Counted from the stretch's first letter, positions 1-10,879 are shown. The stretch is DNA of 64,000 nucleotides from Anaeroplasma sp. (GCA_045124155.1 JBGVLG010000205.1:4103-68102); one strand, 5' to 3'. Numbers and translations are program-made. The notes: generated from the letters alone by a model not told the origin.

Positions 1-114
1 AATTACAGTCAAGTGAGGAGCTCTACCATATTTATTAATGTATTCAGAAACCTTAATTTTTAAGGCTTCCTTTTTTTCTTTAGCAATATCCTTGCCACTA
101 ATAATAATTCCCAC
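1..114 (-). CDS. folD: Methylenetetrahydrofolate dehydrogenase/cyclohydrolase FolD, N-terminal 38 codons only (gene runs off the left edge)
   Basis: Not in the ORF track. Reverse-complement translation (M)GIIISGKDIAKEKKEALKIKVSEYINKYGRAPHLTVI fits the FolD N-terminus pattern (I-x-G-K..A....L...V......P.L.VI). GTG at 114-112 has AGGTGA 5 nt upstream and lies directly after the purD stop (124-126). Confidence 0.6.
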   Translation of the reverse strand, partial: MGIIISGKDIAKEKKEALKIKVSEYINKYGRAPHLTVI

Positions 115-123
115 TAATATCAC

Positions 124-1371
124 CTATTTCCTATAAGCCTTAGCACCAATATCAGTTCTATGGAATAAATTCTCACATTCTATTTCATTAACAATAGAAA
201 TAGCATTCTTATTTGCTTCTTCTAAAGTATCACCCTTACCTACAGCAAATAATACTCTACCACCATTAGTTACAAGATTTCCATTTTCATCAATCTTTGT
301 ACCCATATGATAAATATTTTCATTATCAGCATTATTTATTACATATCCCTTTTGATAGCTTCCAGGATATCCCTTAGAAGCAAGTACTATGCCTATAGTA
401 TAACATTTTTCCCAAGAAAGTACAGGCTTATTTCCATCTACTATGGCCATAAAAGCATCATAAATATCACTAGTTAGTCTTGGAAGTACAACTTCAGTTT
501 CAGGATCACCAAAACGGCAATTAAATTCAATAACCTTAATTCCCTTTTTAGTTTTCATTAAGCCACCATAAAGAACACCCTTAAATGGTACTCCCTCATT
601 AACCATAGCCTTAGCAGTTGGAATCATTATTTTTTCCATTGCATATTTGCTATCCTCTTCAGTGATAAATGGTAATGGAGAATAAGCACCCATACCACCT
701 GTATTAGGTCCTAAATCATTATCATAGGCTCTTTTATGATCTTGAGCCATTTCAAGTGGATAAACATTAACTCCATCAACAAAGCACATTAATGAAAATT
801 CGGGTCCCTCTAAATATTCTTCAATAACAACCTTACCATGACCAAATTTATCATCAAGTAGCATATCCTTAAGAGTCTCATCAGCCTCTTTAAGATTATT
901 AGCTATTACAACACCCTTACCTTGAGCAAGACCATCATACTTAATAACAGTAGGAAATGGTGAAATTTTAACATATTCTAATGCTTCCTTATAATCATTA
1001 AATACTTCAAATCTCGCAGTAGGAATATCATATTTAAGCATAAGCTCCTTAGCAAAATTCTTTGAAGCTTCAATCATAGCTGCAGATTTTGTAGGTCCAA
1101 AAGCCTTAATTCCTGCTTTTGTAAGCTCATCAATAATTCCTAAAGCTAAAGTTGCCTCAGGTCCAACAACAACTAAATCAACTGCCTCTGCCTTAGCAAA
1201 ATCTACAATTCCCTCTACGTCATTATCCTTAATATTTACACACATTGCAAGCTTTGCAATACCAGCATTACCAGGAATTGCATATATTTCATCTACCTTA
1301 GCTGATTTAGATAAGGCATGAACAATTGCATGTTCTCTACCGCCACCACCAACTACTAATACCTTAGCCAT
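124..1371 (-). CDS. purD: Phosphoribosylamine-glycine ligase (GAR synthetase)
   Basis: 415 aa. N-terminus MAKVLVVGGGGREHAI; ATP-grasp motifs GPNTGGMGAYSP and CRFGDPETE. Confidence 0.95.
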   Translation of the reverse strand: MAKVLVVGGGGREHAIVHALSKSAKVDEIYAIPGNAGIAKLAMCVNIKDNDVEGIVDFAKAEAVDLVVVGPEATLALGIIDELTKAGIKAFGPTKSAAMIEASKNFAKELMLKYDIPTARFEVFNDYKEALEYVKISPFPTVIKYDGLAQGKGVVIANNLKEADETLKDMLLDDKFGHGKVVIEEYLEGPEFSLMCFVDGVNVYPLEMAQDHKRAYDNDLGPNTGGMGAYSPLPFITEEDSKYAMEKIMIPTAKAMVNEGVPFKGVLYGGLMKTKKGIKVIEFNCRFGDPETEVVLPRLTSDIYDAFMAIVDGNKPVLSWEKCYTIGIVLASKGYPGSYQKGYVINNADNENIYHMGTKIDENGNLVTNGGRVLFAVGKGDTLEEANKNAISIVNEIECENLFHRTDIGAKAYRK

Positions 1372-1389
1372 AAATAATCTCTCCTTTAA

Positions 1390-2943
1390 TTAATGCTTGA
1401 AATGACGCATTCCTGTGAATGTCATAGGAATACCCTTTTCATTTGCTAAATCAATTGAATCCTGATCATGCTTAGAACCACCAGGCTGAACTACTGCAAC
1501 AACACCATTTAAAGATGCATACTCTAATGTGTCACTGAATGGGAAGAAAGCATCAGATGCAAGAGTCATTCCCTCAAATACACCACGACTATGTGCCTCT
1601 TCAATCGCTATCTTTGCAGCACCAACACGATTCATTTGACCAGCACCAACACCACAAGTTACTCCATCCTTAACTACAACAATAGCGTTAGATTTAACAT
1701 GCTTAACAATTTTCCAACCAAAATTCATATCAGATAATTGAGCCTCTGTTGGCTTACAATTAGTAATAGTCATTTCTTCTGTTACTGTAACACAGCTTGT
1801 ATCCTGCTCCTGTACAAGTAAACCACCATTAACAGAAACATATTGTTTTTGATTAGAATATTCACCCATTTCAAATTGAATTACTCTTAAATTAGGACGC
1901 TTACTAAATGCCTTTAGAGCTTCCTCAGTAAATCCTGGAGCTAAAATTAATTCAAGGAAAATAGACTTATCCTTTTGACCGTGGTCAAATTTAATTAAAT
2001 CCGCTGCTTCCTTATCAATAATTTGATTTGTAGCGACAATACCACCATAAATTGATACTGGATCAGATTCATAAGCCTTTAACCAAGCTTCCTTTAAATC
2101 CTTACCAATTGCAGCACCACATGGATTCATATGCTTTAATCCTACCGCAAAAGGTACATCGCCAAATTCACGAACAATATTTAATGCTGCATTAGCATCT
2201 TGAATATTATTATATGATAATTCCTTACCCTGTAATTGTTTAGCTGAAGCTAAGGAATAAGGAACATTTTCACTAAATTTATAAAATTTTGCAGATTGAT
2301 GAGGATTTTCACCATATCTAAGATTTTGCTTTAAATCAGCCTCAATAAATAACTTTTCAGGAAGTTCTGCTTTTTCTCTCATATATGTAGCAATCATAGT
2401 ATCATATTCTGCAGTTAAAGTATAAACCTTTGCAGCAAGCTTCAATCTCGTTTCATAGGTTGTATCTCCATTTTCTTTAATTTCATTTAATACAGTTTCA
2501 TAATCATTTATATCAGATACTACAGTAACATATTTATGATTCTTTGCAGCACTTCTAAGCATAGAAGGTCCACCAATATCAATATTTTCTATTGCTTCAC
2601 TAAAGCTACAGCCCTTTTCAATTGTCTTTTTAAAAGCATATAAATTAACACATACTAAATCGATATATTCAATATGATTATCATTTAATTCCTTTTGATG
2701 TGACTCACTTTCTCTTACTGCAAGTAAACCTCCATGAACATTTGGATGTAAAGTTTTTACTCTACCATCTAATATCTCAGGAAATCCTGTAGCCTCACTA
2801 ATACCTATAGTTTTAACACCATTATCATCTAAAACCTTCTTAGTACCACCAGTAGAAATAATTTCAAATCCACATTCAATTAGACCCTTACAAAATTCTA
2901 CTACACCAGTTTTATCTGTAACACTGACTAAAGCTCTTCTCAT
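1390..2943 (-). CDS. purH: Bifunctional AICAR transformylase / IMP cyclohydrolase
   Basis: 517 aa. MGS-like N-terminus RALVSVTDKTG...ISTGGT; C-terminal QPGGSKHDQD and ...MRHFKH end typical of PurH. Confidence 0.95.
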   Translation of the reverse strand: MRRALVSVTDKTGVVEFCKGLIECGFEIISTGGTKKVLDDNGVKTIGISEATGFPEILDGRVKTLHPNVHGGLLAVRESESHQKELNDNHIEYIDLVCVNLYAFKKTIEKGCSFSEAIENIDIGGPSMLRSAAKNHKYVTVVSDINDYETVLNEIKENGDTTYETRLKLAAKVYTLTAEYDTMIATYMREKAELPEKLFIEADLKQNLRYGENPHQSAKFYKFSENVPYSLASAKQLQGKELSYNNIQDANAALNIVREFGDVPFAVGLKHMNPCGAAIGKDLKEAWLKAYESDPVSIYGGIVATNQIIDKEAADLIKFDHGQKDKSIFLELILAPGFTEEALKAFSKRPNLRVIQFEMGEYSNQKQYVSVNGGLLVQEQDTSCVTVTEEMTITNCKPTEAQLSDMNFGWKIVKHVKSNAIVVVKDGVTCGVGAGQMNRVGAAKIAIEEAHSRGVFEGMTLASDAFFPFSDTLEYASLNGVVAVVQPGGSKHDQDSIDLANEKGIPMTFTGMRHFKH

Positions 2944-2945
2944 TT

Positions 2946-3515
2946 TTACTTCTCCTCACACAATTTTTTTACTACCTCAGGGTATAAGACATGTTCAATT
3001 TGATGAATACGTCTCTCAACCTCATCTAAAGTTTCACCCTCTACATAATCAAAGCTTCTTTGAGCAATGATTTTACCACTATCCATTCCACTATCAACAT
3101 AATGAATAGTAACTCCAAAAACCTTTACACCATAATTATAAGCATCTAATATACCATGCGCTCCCTTAAAGGATGGTAATAAAGCTGGATGAATATTTAT
3201 TATTTTTCCTAAATAGCTATCAAGTAGAACCTCTCCACAAATACGCATATATCCTGCAAGACAGATTAAATCAACATTAAGCTCCTTTAATCTTTTTACA
3301 ATCATAGCCTCATAATCATTTTTAGAAGCATAGTCCTTAGGATTAAACACTAATGCCTCAACATTATGATTCTTAGCACGCTCTACTACATAAGCTTTTT
3401 TCTTATCACATACCATTAATACTACTTTAGCATTAATATTACCATTCTCACAATTTTCAATTAATGCCTCAAAATTAGTACCACTTCCACTGGCAAAAAT
3501 AGCTATATTTTTCAT
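2946..3515 (-). CDS. purN: Phosphoribosylglycinamide formyltransferase
   Basis: 189 aa. IAIFASGSGTNFEAL and NIHPALLPSFKGAH motifs. Start overlaps the purM stop (TAATG). Confidence 0.93.
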   Translation of the reverse strand: MKNIAIFASGSGTNFEALIENCENGNINAKVVLMVCDKKKAYVVERAKNHNVEALVFNPKDYASKNDYEAMIVKRLKELNVDLICLAGYMRICGEVLLDSYLGKIINIHPALLPSFKGAHGILDAYNYGVKVFGVTIHYVDSGMDSGKIIAQRSFDYVEGETLDEVERRIHQIEHVLYPEVVKKLCEEK

Positions 3516-4546
3516 TAGAAATGAATATCTACCTTTCCAGAATCAGTAATTTTACCAATAACATATGCTTTATCGCCATGACTTGCTAAAATATCAATAG
3601 CCTTTTTAGCATCCTCTTCATTATCTAAGGCTAAAACCATACCAATACCCATATTATAAATATTAAACATTTCTCTATGATTAACCTTACCATATTTTTC
3701 TAAGAACTTAAATACAGGTAAAATTGGCCAAGAACCCTCAATAATATCAAGACCCATTCCATCACGCAAAATTCTTGGAATATTTTCATCAAAGCCACCA
3801 CCAGTAATATGAGCAACTCCATGAACATCTATATTATGAATTACATCTAATACTTGCTTACAATAAATGCGAGTAGGAGTTAATAAAACCTCTCCAACTA
3901 CACCATTCAATTCCTCACTATAGGAATGTAAATCAATATTATTATCATTAATAATCTTACGAACTAAGCTAAATCCATTAGAATGAACACCACTTGATTG
4001 AATACCAACAAGGATATCGCCAACTTTTACCTTAGATCCATCAATAACCTTAGATTTTTCAACAACACCAGTAGTATATCCTGCAATATCATATTCTCCA
4101 TCAGTATACATACCAGGCATTTCAGCTGTTTCACCACCAATTAAGGCACAGCCAGCTTGAATACAGCCCTCTGCAACACCCTTAACGATTTGTTCAAGCT
4201 TAACTGGTTCAGCATGACCAGTAGCTACATAATCTAAGAAAAATAATGGCTCTGCACCTTGTGCTAATACATCATTAACACACATAGCTACAGCATCAAT
4301 ACCAATAGTATCATGCTTATCCATTTCAAATGCTAATTTTAATTTAGTACCAACACCATCAGTACCAGAAACAAGCATTGGTTCTTTATAATTTAAAATT
4401 GATAAATCAAACATTCCTCCGAATGAACCGATGTTAGATACACATCCAACACGATTTGTAGAAGCAACATGCTTCTTATATCTTCTTACTGCTTCATAGC
4501 CTGCCTCAAGATCAACACCTGAAGCTCCATATGCCTTAGATCCCAT
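3515..4546 (-). CDS. purM: Phosphoribosylformylglycinamidine cyclo-ligase (AIR synthetase)
   Basis: 343 aa. [21 protein letters not shown] and LFFLDYVA motifs. Confidence 0.95.
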   Translation of the reverse strand: MGSKAYGASGVDLEAGYEAVRRYKKHVASTNRVGCVSNIGSFGGMFDLSILNYKEPMLVSGTDGVGTKLKLAFEMDKHDTIGIDAVAMCVNDVLAQGAEPLFFLDYVATGHAEPVKLEQIVKGVAEGCIQAGCALIGGETAEMPGMYTDGEYDIAGYTTGVVEKSKVIDGSKVKVGDILVGIQSSGVHSNGFSLVRKIINDNNIDLHSYSEELNGVVGEVLLTPTRIYCKQVLDVIHNIDVHGVAHITGGGFDENIPRILRDGMGLDIIEGSWPILPVFKFLEKYGKVNHREMFNIYNMGIGMVLALDNEEDAKKAIDILASHGDKAYVIGKITDSGKVDIHF

Positions 4547-4555
4547 AATTTCCTC

Positions 4556-5968
4556 CTAGAATTTTCCATCTTTATTTGCATCTTTAATTGATTGATATAA
4601 TGCAGTTGGGTAATTTCCTGTAAAGCAAGCTAAGCATAAATCATTTCTCTTAGCTGCTTCAAATAATGCTTCCTTAGAAAGGAAGTATAATGATTCAGAA
4701 CCAATATATTCTCTAACCTCATCAACATTTTTATGAGCTGATATTAATTCATCATAGGTTGAAATATCAACTCCATAAAAACAAGGATTAGTAATTTGAG
4801 GGGAAGCAATTCTTACATGAACCTCTAAGGCTCCTACTTCCTTTAATAACGCAACGATTCTTCTACAGGTTGTACCACGAACTAAAGAATCATCAATCAA
4901 AACAACTCTTTTTCCCTTTACTATAGAAGATACAGCAGAAAGCTTCATTCTAACACCCTTTTCTCTCATACCTTGAGATGGCTGAATAAAGGTTCTACCT
5001 ACATACTTATTCTTAATTAATCCCATTTCATAAGGAATACCAGATTCCTCAGAATAACCAATTGCAGCACTTAAAGATGAATCAGGTACCCCAATTACAA
5101 TATCTGCCTCAACTGGATTTTCTCTATATAAAAGTCTACCACTTTCTTTACGGAAAGCATGAACATTTCTTCCTTCAATATCACTATCAGGGCGAGAAAA
5201 ATAAATATATTCCATAGCACACATATGATATCTTTTATATTTTGAATAATCTCTACTTATTATTCCATCTGGTCCGATTTCAACAACCTCACCAGGCAAT
5301 ATATCTCTTACAAATTGAGCATTAATTACCTCAAAGGCACAGGTTTCACTAGAAACAACATAACCACCATTAATTTTACCAATAGATAATGGTCTCAATC
5401 CATATTTATCACGACATGCAAAGATTCTATCATCAAGCATAATTAAGAATGCAAAAGCACCCTCAATCATTTGTAATGCCTCCATTACATTATAAACAAA
5501 TTTAGATTTATCAGTATCCTTACGAATTAAATGAGCTAATACCTCACTATCAGATGTAGATTGGAAAATACTACCCTTTCCCTCTAAATATCTCTTTAAT
5601 TCATTAGAATTTACTAAATTTCCATTATGAGCTAATGCAAAATTACCAGTATGGTGATTAAATAGGAATGGTTGCACATTTTCAATTCCACCACCACCTG
5701 CAGTAGAATATCTAACATGTCCAATAGCCATATTTCCCGTAAGATTCTTTAAATTAGAATCATTAAATACCTCTGATACTAAGCCTATTCCCTTATGACG
5801 TTTAAGCTTACCCTCATTTGAAACAACAATTCCACAGCCCTCTTGACCTCTATGCTGTAAGGAATGAAGTCCAAAATAAGAAACCTCAGCAGCATTCTCA
5901 ACTCCATATACACCAAAGACACCACATTCCTCATGTAATCCCTTATCTATAACTTCATCAAAAATCAT
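4556..5968 (-). CDS. purF: Amidophosphoribosyltransferase (Fe-S type with N-terminal propeptide)
   Basis: 470 aa. Ntn Cys in HEECGVFGVYG; PRTase loop VVLIDDSLVRGTT; C-terminal Cys pattern NPCFYGVD ... CLACFTGNYP. Confidence 0.95.
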   Translation of the reverse strand: MIFDEVIDKGLHEECGVFGVYGVENAAEVSYFGLHSLQHRGQEGCGIVVSNEGKLKRHKGIGLVSEVFNDSNLKNLTGNMAIGHVRYSTAGGGGIENVQPFLFNHHTGNFALAHNGNLVNSNELKRYLEGKGSIFQSTSDSEVLAHLIRKDTDKSKFVYNVMEALQMIEGAFAFLIMLDDRIFACRDKYGLRPLSIGKINGGYVVSSETCAFEVINAQFVRDILPGEVVEIGPDGIISRDYSKYKRYHMCAMEYIYFSRPDSDIEGRNVHAFRKESGRLLYRENPVEADIVIGVPDSSLSAAIGYSEESGIPYEMGLIKNKYVGRTFIQPSQGMREKGVRMKLSAVSSIVKGKRVVLIDDSLVRGTTCRRIVALLKEVGALEVHVRIASPQITNPCFYGVDISTYDELISAHKNVDEVREYIGSESLYFLSKEALFEAAKRNDLCLACFTGNYPTALYQSIKDANKDGKF

Positions 5969-5984
5969 ACTATTCTTTCCTTTT

Positions 5985-6698
5985 TTATTTTAATGTTTGT
6001 AAACGATTATAAATATCTAAATAAGCATCGATAACATCACCTAAATCACGTCTAAATCTATCCTTATCTAGCTTTCTATTAGTGTTAACATCCCATAATC
6101 TTGCAGTATCAGGAGATATTTCATCAGCAAGAACTATTTCTCCATCACTAGTTTTACCAAATTCAATCTTAAAATCAACTAATAAAACTCCAACCTCAAG
6201 GAAAATATCCTTTAAAGCATTATTAATTCTATCAGTTAATTCATAAATAACCTTAAGCTCATCATAAGTCGCTGCCCCTACAGCAACAGCGTGATGATCA
6301 TTAATAAGAGGGTCACCTAAATTATCATTTTTATAACATAATTCATAAATTGTATTAATTGGCTTAGTACCCTCAGGAATATCTAATCTTCTTGACATTG
6401 AACCTGCAATAATATTACGAACAACTACCTCAAGAGGGAATATTGTAACCCTCTTGCATAATTGATCACGCTCATTTAAGGTATCAACATAATGAGTAGG
6501 AATACCTAAAGCCATAAGTCTTTTATAAATAATAGTTGAAATCTTATTATTAATAATACCTTTATTAGCTATTTGAGCTTTTTTTATTCCATTATAAGCA
6601 GTTGTATCATCCTTATAATGCATAACAACTAAATTAGGATCCTCTGTCCTATATAATTGTTTTGCTTTTCCTTCATAAAATTTATCTAATATTTTCAT
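5985..6698 (-). CDS. purC: SAICAR synthetase
   Basis: 237 aa. YEGKAKQLY N-terminus and LADEISPDTARLWD motif. Confidence 0.95.
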   Translation of the reverse strand: MKILDKFYEGKAKQLYRTEDPNLVVMHYKDDTTAYNGIKKAQIANKGIINNKISTIIYKRLMALGIPTHYVDTLNERDQLCKRVTIFPLEVVVRNIIAGSMSRRLDIPEGTKPINTIYELCYKNDNLGDPLINDHHAVAVGAATYDELKVIYELTDRINNALKDIFLEVGVLLVDFKIEFGKTSDGEIVLADEISPDTARLWDVNTNRKLDKDRFRRDLGDVIDAYLDIYNRLQTLK

Positions 6699-6707
6699 TT
6701 TTAATCT

Positions 6708-9700
6708 CTACTTCTTAAAATATTTTACAGCATTTCTAAAGATATTTTGGTCCTTATCACCATAAATATTTTTAAAATTATTTTCTTCATATCTTTCTGA
6801 ATGTCCCATCTTACCTAAGATTAATCCATCCTCTGAAATAATACCCTCAATCGCATAGCTAGAGCCATTTGGATTATATGGTGCCTCACAAGTAGGATTA
6901 CCCTCTGGGTCACAATATAAGAAGGCAATTTGTCCATTATCTCTAAGCTTCTTAGCCATTTCCTCACTAACAACAAATTTACCTTCACCATGACTTACCG
7001 CAATACTATGTAGTTCTCCTGTTTCAAATGATGAAAGCCAAGGAGATGCGTTAGTCATAACCTTAGTTGTAACTATTTGAGAGATATGACGATTTATATC
7101 ATTTCTAAATAATGTAGGAGATGCTTCATTAACCATTCCTAATCTTCCATATGGTAATAATCCAGATTTTACTAATGCCTGGAAGCCATTACAAATACCT
7201 AAAATCAAGCCCTTACGATCAATTAATCTATGAATTGCTTCCTTAACACTTTCTTGATTTAAAACATTCGCAATAAATTTACCACTTCCATCTGGTTCAT
7301 CACCAGCACTGAAGCCTCCTGATAATACTAAAATATCACATTCATCAATATTTTTAGCCATTTCTTTAATTGAATCAAAAATATCCTTGCTTGTTAAGTT
7401 TTTAAATACAGTACTTCTAATTGTAGCACCATTACGCTTAAATTGCTTTTCAGTATCATAATCACAGTTAGTACCTGGGAATACTGGGAAATAAGCAATT
7501 ACCTCAGTCTTATTCTTTAATGGAATAATTTCCTTCTTAAATGGTTTAATATCCATTAATGTACAAGTATTATTACCCTTATCCTTATAAATTTCATTAA
7601 AATGCTCAGTATTAGCCTTATATAATTCATCTAAGCTAAATTCTATTCCATTAATTTTTGCAACTGAAGAATTAATAGTTTCACCTAAATAAATAGCATT
7701 TTCATAATCTAAAGTAGTATTTGATTCTACTAAAATAGAACCATAATTATAAGCATCAAGTAGCTTTTCTTCATAATTAATATCAAAGCTAATCTTATTA
7801 CCAAATGCCATCTTAGCTAAAGCCTCAATAACACCACCAAAGCTTAAAGCATAAGCACTAATAATATTTTTATTTTCAATATTTGTTGAAACAAAATCAA
7901 AGTTTTTCTTTAGTTCTTCAGTATTTGGTGTATAATTAGCATTTTCATGATGCTTAACTAAATAAAGCTTAGATGAAGCATTTTTAAAATCAGTTGAAAT
8001 AACATTATTTACATTAACAGTAGTAATACCAAATGCCATAAGCATTGGAGGTACTGAAATATCTTGGAAGGTTCCACTCATAGAATCCTTACCACCAATT
8101 GATGGTAAACCTAATTCTACTTGCATCTTTAAAGCACCAAGTAATGCTGCTAAAGGCTTGCCCCAAGATTTTTCACTATTCATACGCTCAAAATATTCCT
8201 GGTAGCTAAATCTCATTTTATCATATCTAGCTCCTGCAGCAACAACCTTACTACAAGCCTCAATTACTGCATATTCAGCACCATGGAATGGGCTCCAGCT
8301 TGCGATAAATGGATTATAACCATAAGCCATAATACTTGCAGTATTAGTATAACCATTTAATACTGGAAGCTTTTGTACAGAAACTTGAGTTTCACTTCTT
8401 TGATATTTACCACCAAATGGCATTAATACAGTAGATAGACCAATTGTTGAGTCAAACATCTCAATTAAACCCTTTTGACTAACAACATTATTATCACTTA
8501 ATGTAGATAGCACTCTATCATGTAATTCTCTATCAGGCTTAATAAATGGATTTTTATTTTCCACTTCACCAATTTTAGCCTTTGCAAAATGTAGAGCACC
8601 AGCAGAATCAATAAAGCTTCTATGAATATTAACAATAGTTCTTCCCTTATAATGCATTACAAGTCTAGGCTCTTTTGTTACAACTGCAACCTTAGTAACC
8701 TCAATATTTTCTTCATGACAATATTTAATAAATTCATCTACATCATTAGGATCAATAACAACTGCCATTCTTTCTTGAGATTCACTAATTGCAAGCTCAG
8801 TAGCATTTAATCCTGAATATTTAGTAGGTACATTATCAAGATTAATATCAAGTCCATCTGCAAGCTCACCAATAGCAACACTAACACCACCAGCACCAAA
8901 GTCATTAGACTTTTTAATTAGCTTAGTAACCTCAGGTCTACGGAATAAATGAGAAATCTTTCTTTCTTCTGGTGCATTTCCCTTTTGAACCTCACTTGAA
9001 CAAACCTCAATAGATTTAGTAGTATGTTCTTTAGAAGAACCAGTAGCACCTCCAATTCCATCTCTTCCGGTTCTACCACCTAATAATAGAATTACATCAT
9101 TAGGAGTTGGATCTTCTCTTCTAATAACATTAGCGGCAACAGCACCAACAACAGCACCAACCTCTAAACGTTTAGCAACATAATTATCATGATATATTTC
9201 TCTTACATGAGTAGTAGCTAGTCCAATTTGATTACCATAAGAAGAATATCCATGAGCAGCCTTAGTAGAAATAATTCTTTGAGGTAATTTTCCAACTAAA
9301 GTATCCTTAACATCTAAATAAATATTTCCAGCACCAGTAACACGCATTGCTTGATAAACATAAGCACGGCCTGAAAGTGGATCTCTAATAGCTCCACCTA
9401 AGCAGGTTGAAGCTCCACCGAATGGTTCAATTTCTGTTGGATGGTTATGTGTTTCATTTTTAAATTGTAATAACCATTTTTCAGGTTTACCATCTACATC
9501 AATAGTAACAAATATTGAACAAGCATTATTTTCACTAGATTCCTCTAAATCATCAAGCTTACCAATTTTACGTAAATATCTAGCTCCGATACAAGCTAAA
9601 TCCATTAAACATAGCTTCTTATTTTCTCTATTTAAATCCTTACGAATCTTTTTATATAAATCCAAAGAATCCTCTAATTCATCTTTAATAAATGATTCAT

Positions 9701-10403
9701 CAATAGTAATATCTGTTAAAACAGTATTAAATGTAGTATGTCTACAATGGTCTGACCAATAGGTATCAAGAATTCTTAATTCTGTTTCCCAAGGATCTCT
9801 TCCTTCATTTTTAAAGTATTCTACTACACACTTTAAATCATCCTTGTTCATCGCAAGACCCATAGTCTTACAATAATCTAATAATTCTTCATCCTTCATA
9901 TTAATAAAGCCCTTTAATACTTCAACAGGCTTAATTTCAGCCTTTTCCATATCAGTAAGCATTGATAAATCCTTTTCTCTTGCTTCTACTTTATTAATAC
10001 AATACTTTTTAACACGCTCTAAATCACTAAGAGTAGTATCGTCATCTAGAATATATATTTTACCTGAACGAATATTAATATCAGCATTAGGATCAATTAA
10101 TTTAACACAATCAATAGCTGATGAAGCTCTTTGATCAAATTGACCAGGTAAATATTCAATAGCTAAATATTTTTTACCATCTAATTCTAAAGAATCATAA
10201 ACATTATCAGTAACAATTTCTCCAAATACCTGATATCTACTTTTTTCTAATAATTCCTTATCAAAATTAAATAAATCATAAACATTAATAAATCTAACAC
10301 TTTTTAAGTTTAAGCCTAAATTTAAATTTAATTCTGCTTGTAATGATTTTGCTTCAACCTGAAATTTTGGCTTCTTTTCTACATAAATACGATAATTACT
10401 CAT
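6708..10403 (-). CDS. purL: Single-chain (large-type) phosphoribosylformylglycinamidine synthase
   Basis: 1231 aa. YWSDHCRHTTF and KNETHNHPTEIEPFGGA FGAM-synthetase motifs. C-terminal triad amidotransferase with GICNGFQAL and GKMGHSER. GAGGAG RBS upstream. Confidence 0.95.
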   Translation of the reverse strand: MSNYRIYVEKKPKFQVEAKSLQAELNLNLGLNLKSVRFINVYDLFNFDKELLEKSRYQVFGEIVTDNVYDSLELDGKKYLAIEYLPGQFDQRASSAIDCVKLIDPNADINIRSGKIYILDDDTTLSDLERVKKYCINKVEAREKDLSMLTDMEKAEIKPVEVLKGFINMKDEELLDYCKTMGLAMNKDDLKCVVEYFKNEGRDPWETELRILDTYWSDHCRHTTFNTVLTDITIDESFIKDELEDSLDLYKKIRKDLNRENKKLCLMDLACIGARYLRKIGKLDDLEESSENNACSIFVTIDVDGKPEKWLLQFKNETHNHPTEIEPFGGASTCLGGAIRDPLSGRAYVYQAMRVTGAGNIYLDVKDTLVGKLPQRIISTKAAHGYSSYGNQIGLATTHVREIYHDNYVAKRLEVGAVVGAVAANVIRREDPTPNDVILLLGGRTGRDGIGGATGSSKEHTTKSIEVCSSEVQKGNAPEERKISHLFRRPEVTKLIKKSNDFGAGGVSVAIGELADGLDINLDNVPTKYSGLNATELAISESQERMAVVIDPNDVDEFIKYCHEENIEVTKVAVVTKEPRLVMHYKGRTIVNIHRSFIDSAGALHFAKAKIGEVENKNPFIKPDRELHDRVLSTLSDNNVVSQKGLIEMFDSTIGLSTVLMPFGGKYQRSETQVSVQKLPVLNGYTNTASIMAYGYNPFIASWSPFHGAEYAVIEACSKVVAAGARYDKMRFSYQEYFERMNSEKSWGKPLAALLGALKMQVELGLPSIGGKDSMSGTFQDISVPPMLMAFGITTVNVNNVISTDFKNASSKLYLVKHHENANYTPNTEELKKNFDFVSTNIENKNIISAYALSFGGVIEALAKMAFGNKISFDINYEEKLLDAYNYGSILVESNTTLDYENAIYLGETINSSVAKINGIEFSLDELYKANTEHFNEIYKDKGNNTCTLMDIKPFKKEIIPLKNKTEVIAYFPVFPGTNCDYDTEKQFKRNGATIRSTVFKNLTSKDIFDSIKEMAKNIDECDILVLSGGFSAGDEPDGSGKFIANVLNQESVKEAIHRLIDRKGLILGICNGFQALVKSGLLPYGRLGMVNEASPTLFRNDINRHISQIVTTKVMTNASPWLSSFETGELHSIAVSHGEGKFVVSEEMAKKLRDNGQIAFLYCDPEGNPTCEAPYNPNGSSYAIEGIISEDGLILGKMGHSERYEENNFKNIYGDKDQNIFRNAVKYFKK

Positions 10404-10450
10404 TTTTACTCCTCACTTATTATTTTTTATCTATATTTTAGATATATCTT

Positions 10451-10522
10451 AAAAAAACAAAAAACAACACAAAATAAGCGTGTTGTTACACAATAAAACA
10501 ACCATTATGGCGTAGTAATGGC
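10451..10522 (-). terminator. Expression platform of the purine riboswitch: two consecutive U-tailed hairpins
   Basis: Minus strand: CCAUUA(8-nt loop)UAAUGG + UUGUUUUAUU (10488-10521), then AACAACAC(9-nt loop)GUGUUGUU + UUUUUGUUUUUUU (10451-10487). Located between the aptamer and the purL RBS. Confidence 0.6.
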
Positions 10523-10594
10523 ATAATTAAATTATTAACTTGCATCATAATAAATTTCATAGAAATCTCCGATCCAAGTAAGTCTCCCAAAATA

Positions 10595-10667
10595 TTTTTG
10601 ATAGTCCTGTAATTTGCGGTTTCAGGGTAGAGACTTGCTTACCATATTTAAGCTGATATATCAAAAA
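10595..10667 (-). promoter_or_regulatory. Purine riboswitch aptamer, guanine/hypoxanthine class
   Basis: Minus strand UUUUUGAUA UAUCAGCUUAAAUAUGGUAAGCAAGUCUCUACCCUGAAACCGCAAAUUACAGGAC UAUCAAAAA. It has a 9-bp P1, P2 GCUUA/UAAGC with an AUAUGG loop, the GUCUCUACC junction and P3 with an ACCGCAAAU loop. C precedes the 3' P1 strand. Near base-for-base match to the B. subtilis xpt aptamer as I remember it. Confidence 0.85.
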
Positions 10668-10679
10668 TATTACTATATA

Positions 10680-10708
10680 ATTTTATCATATTAATTTAGA
10701 TTCGTAAA
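10680..10708 (-). promoter_or_regulatory. Candidate sigma-A promoter of the pur operon
   Basis: Minus strand TTTACG - 17 nt - TAAAAT, about 12 nt upstream of the 5' P1 strand of the riboswitch. Confidence 0.45.
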
Positions 10709-10850
10709 CTAAAAAATCTATATGAAAACGGAATTATAACTAAAAATAACAATTTTTAACAAAAAATAAAAATATTTATTAAATTATTATGAAAAAAAAA
10801 GTATATTTATAAATCATAAAGCTTGAATTAAGAAACTAAGCTTTATATTC

Positions 10851-10879
10851 TTGACTATAAATACTAAAAATAATACAAT
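10851..10879 (+). promoter_or_regulatory. Candidate sigma-A promoter of purE
   Basis: TTGACT (10851-10856) - 17 nt - TACAAT (10874-10879), 37 nt upstream of the purE ATG. AGGAG RBS at 10903-10907. Confidence 0.55.

Noticed and set aside
8622-8810. Short antisense ORFs from the six-frame track: 8622-8810, 12026-12241, 13407-13589, 14400-14597, 16793-17011, 22412-22651, 23070-23504, 23747-23950, 27460-27762, 29322-29549, 29731-30042, 30487-30705, 33649-33837, 42470-42658, 48183-48392, 48544-48741, 48606-48857, 52783-53010, 53487-53681 and 59929-60111.
   Set aside because: Each lies inside or largely opposite a long, motif-supported gene. They have low-complexity composition typical of AT-rich shadow frames, no RBS and no recognisable motif.
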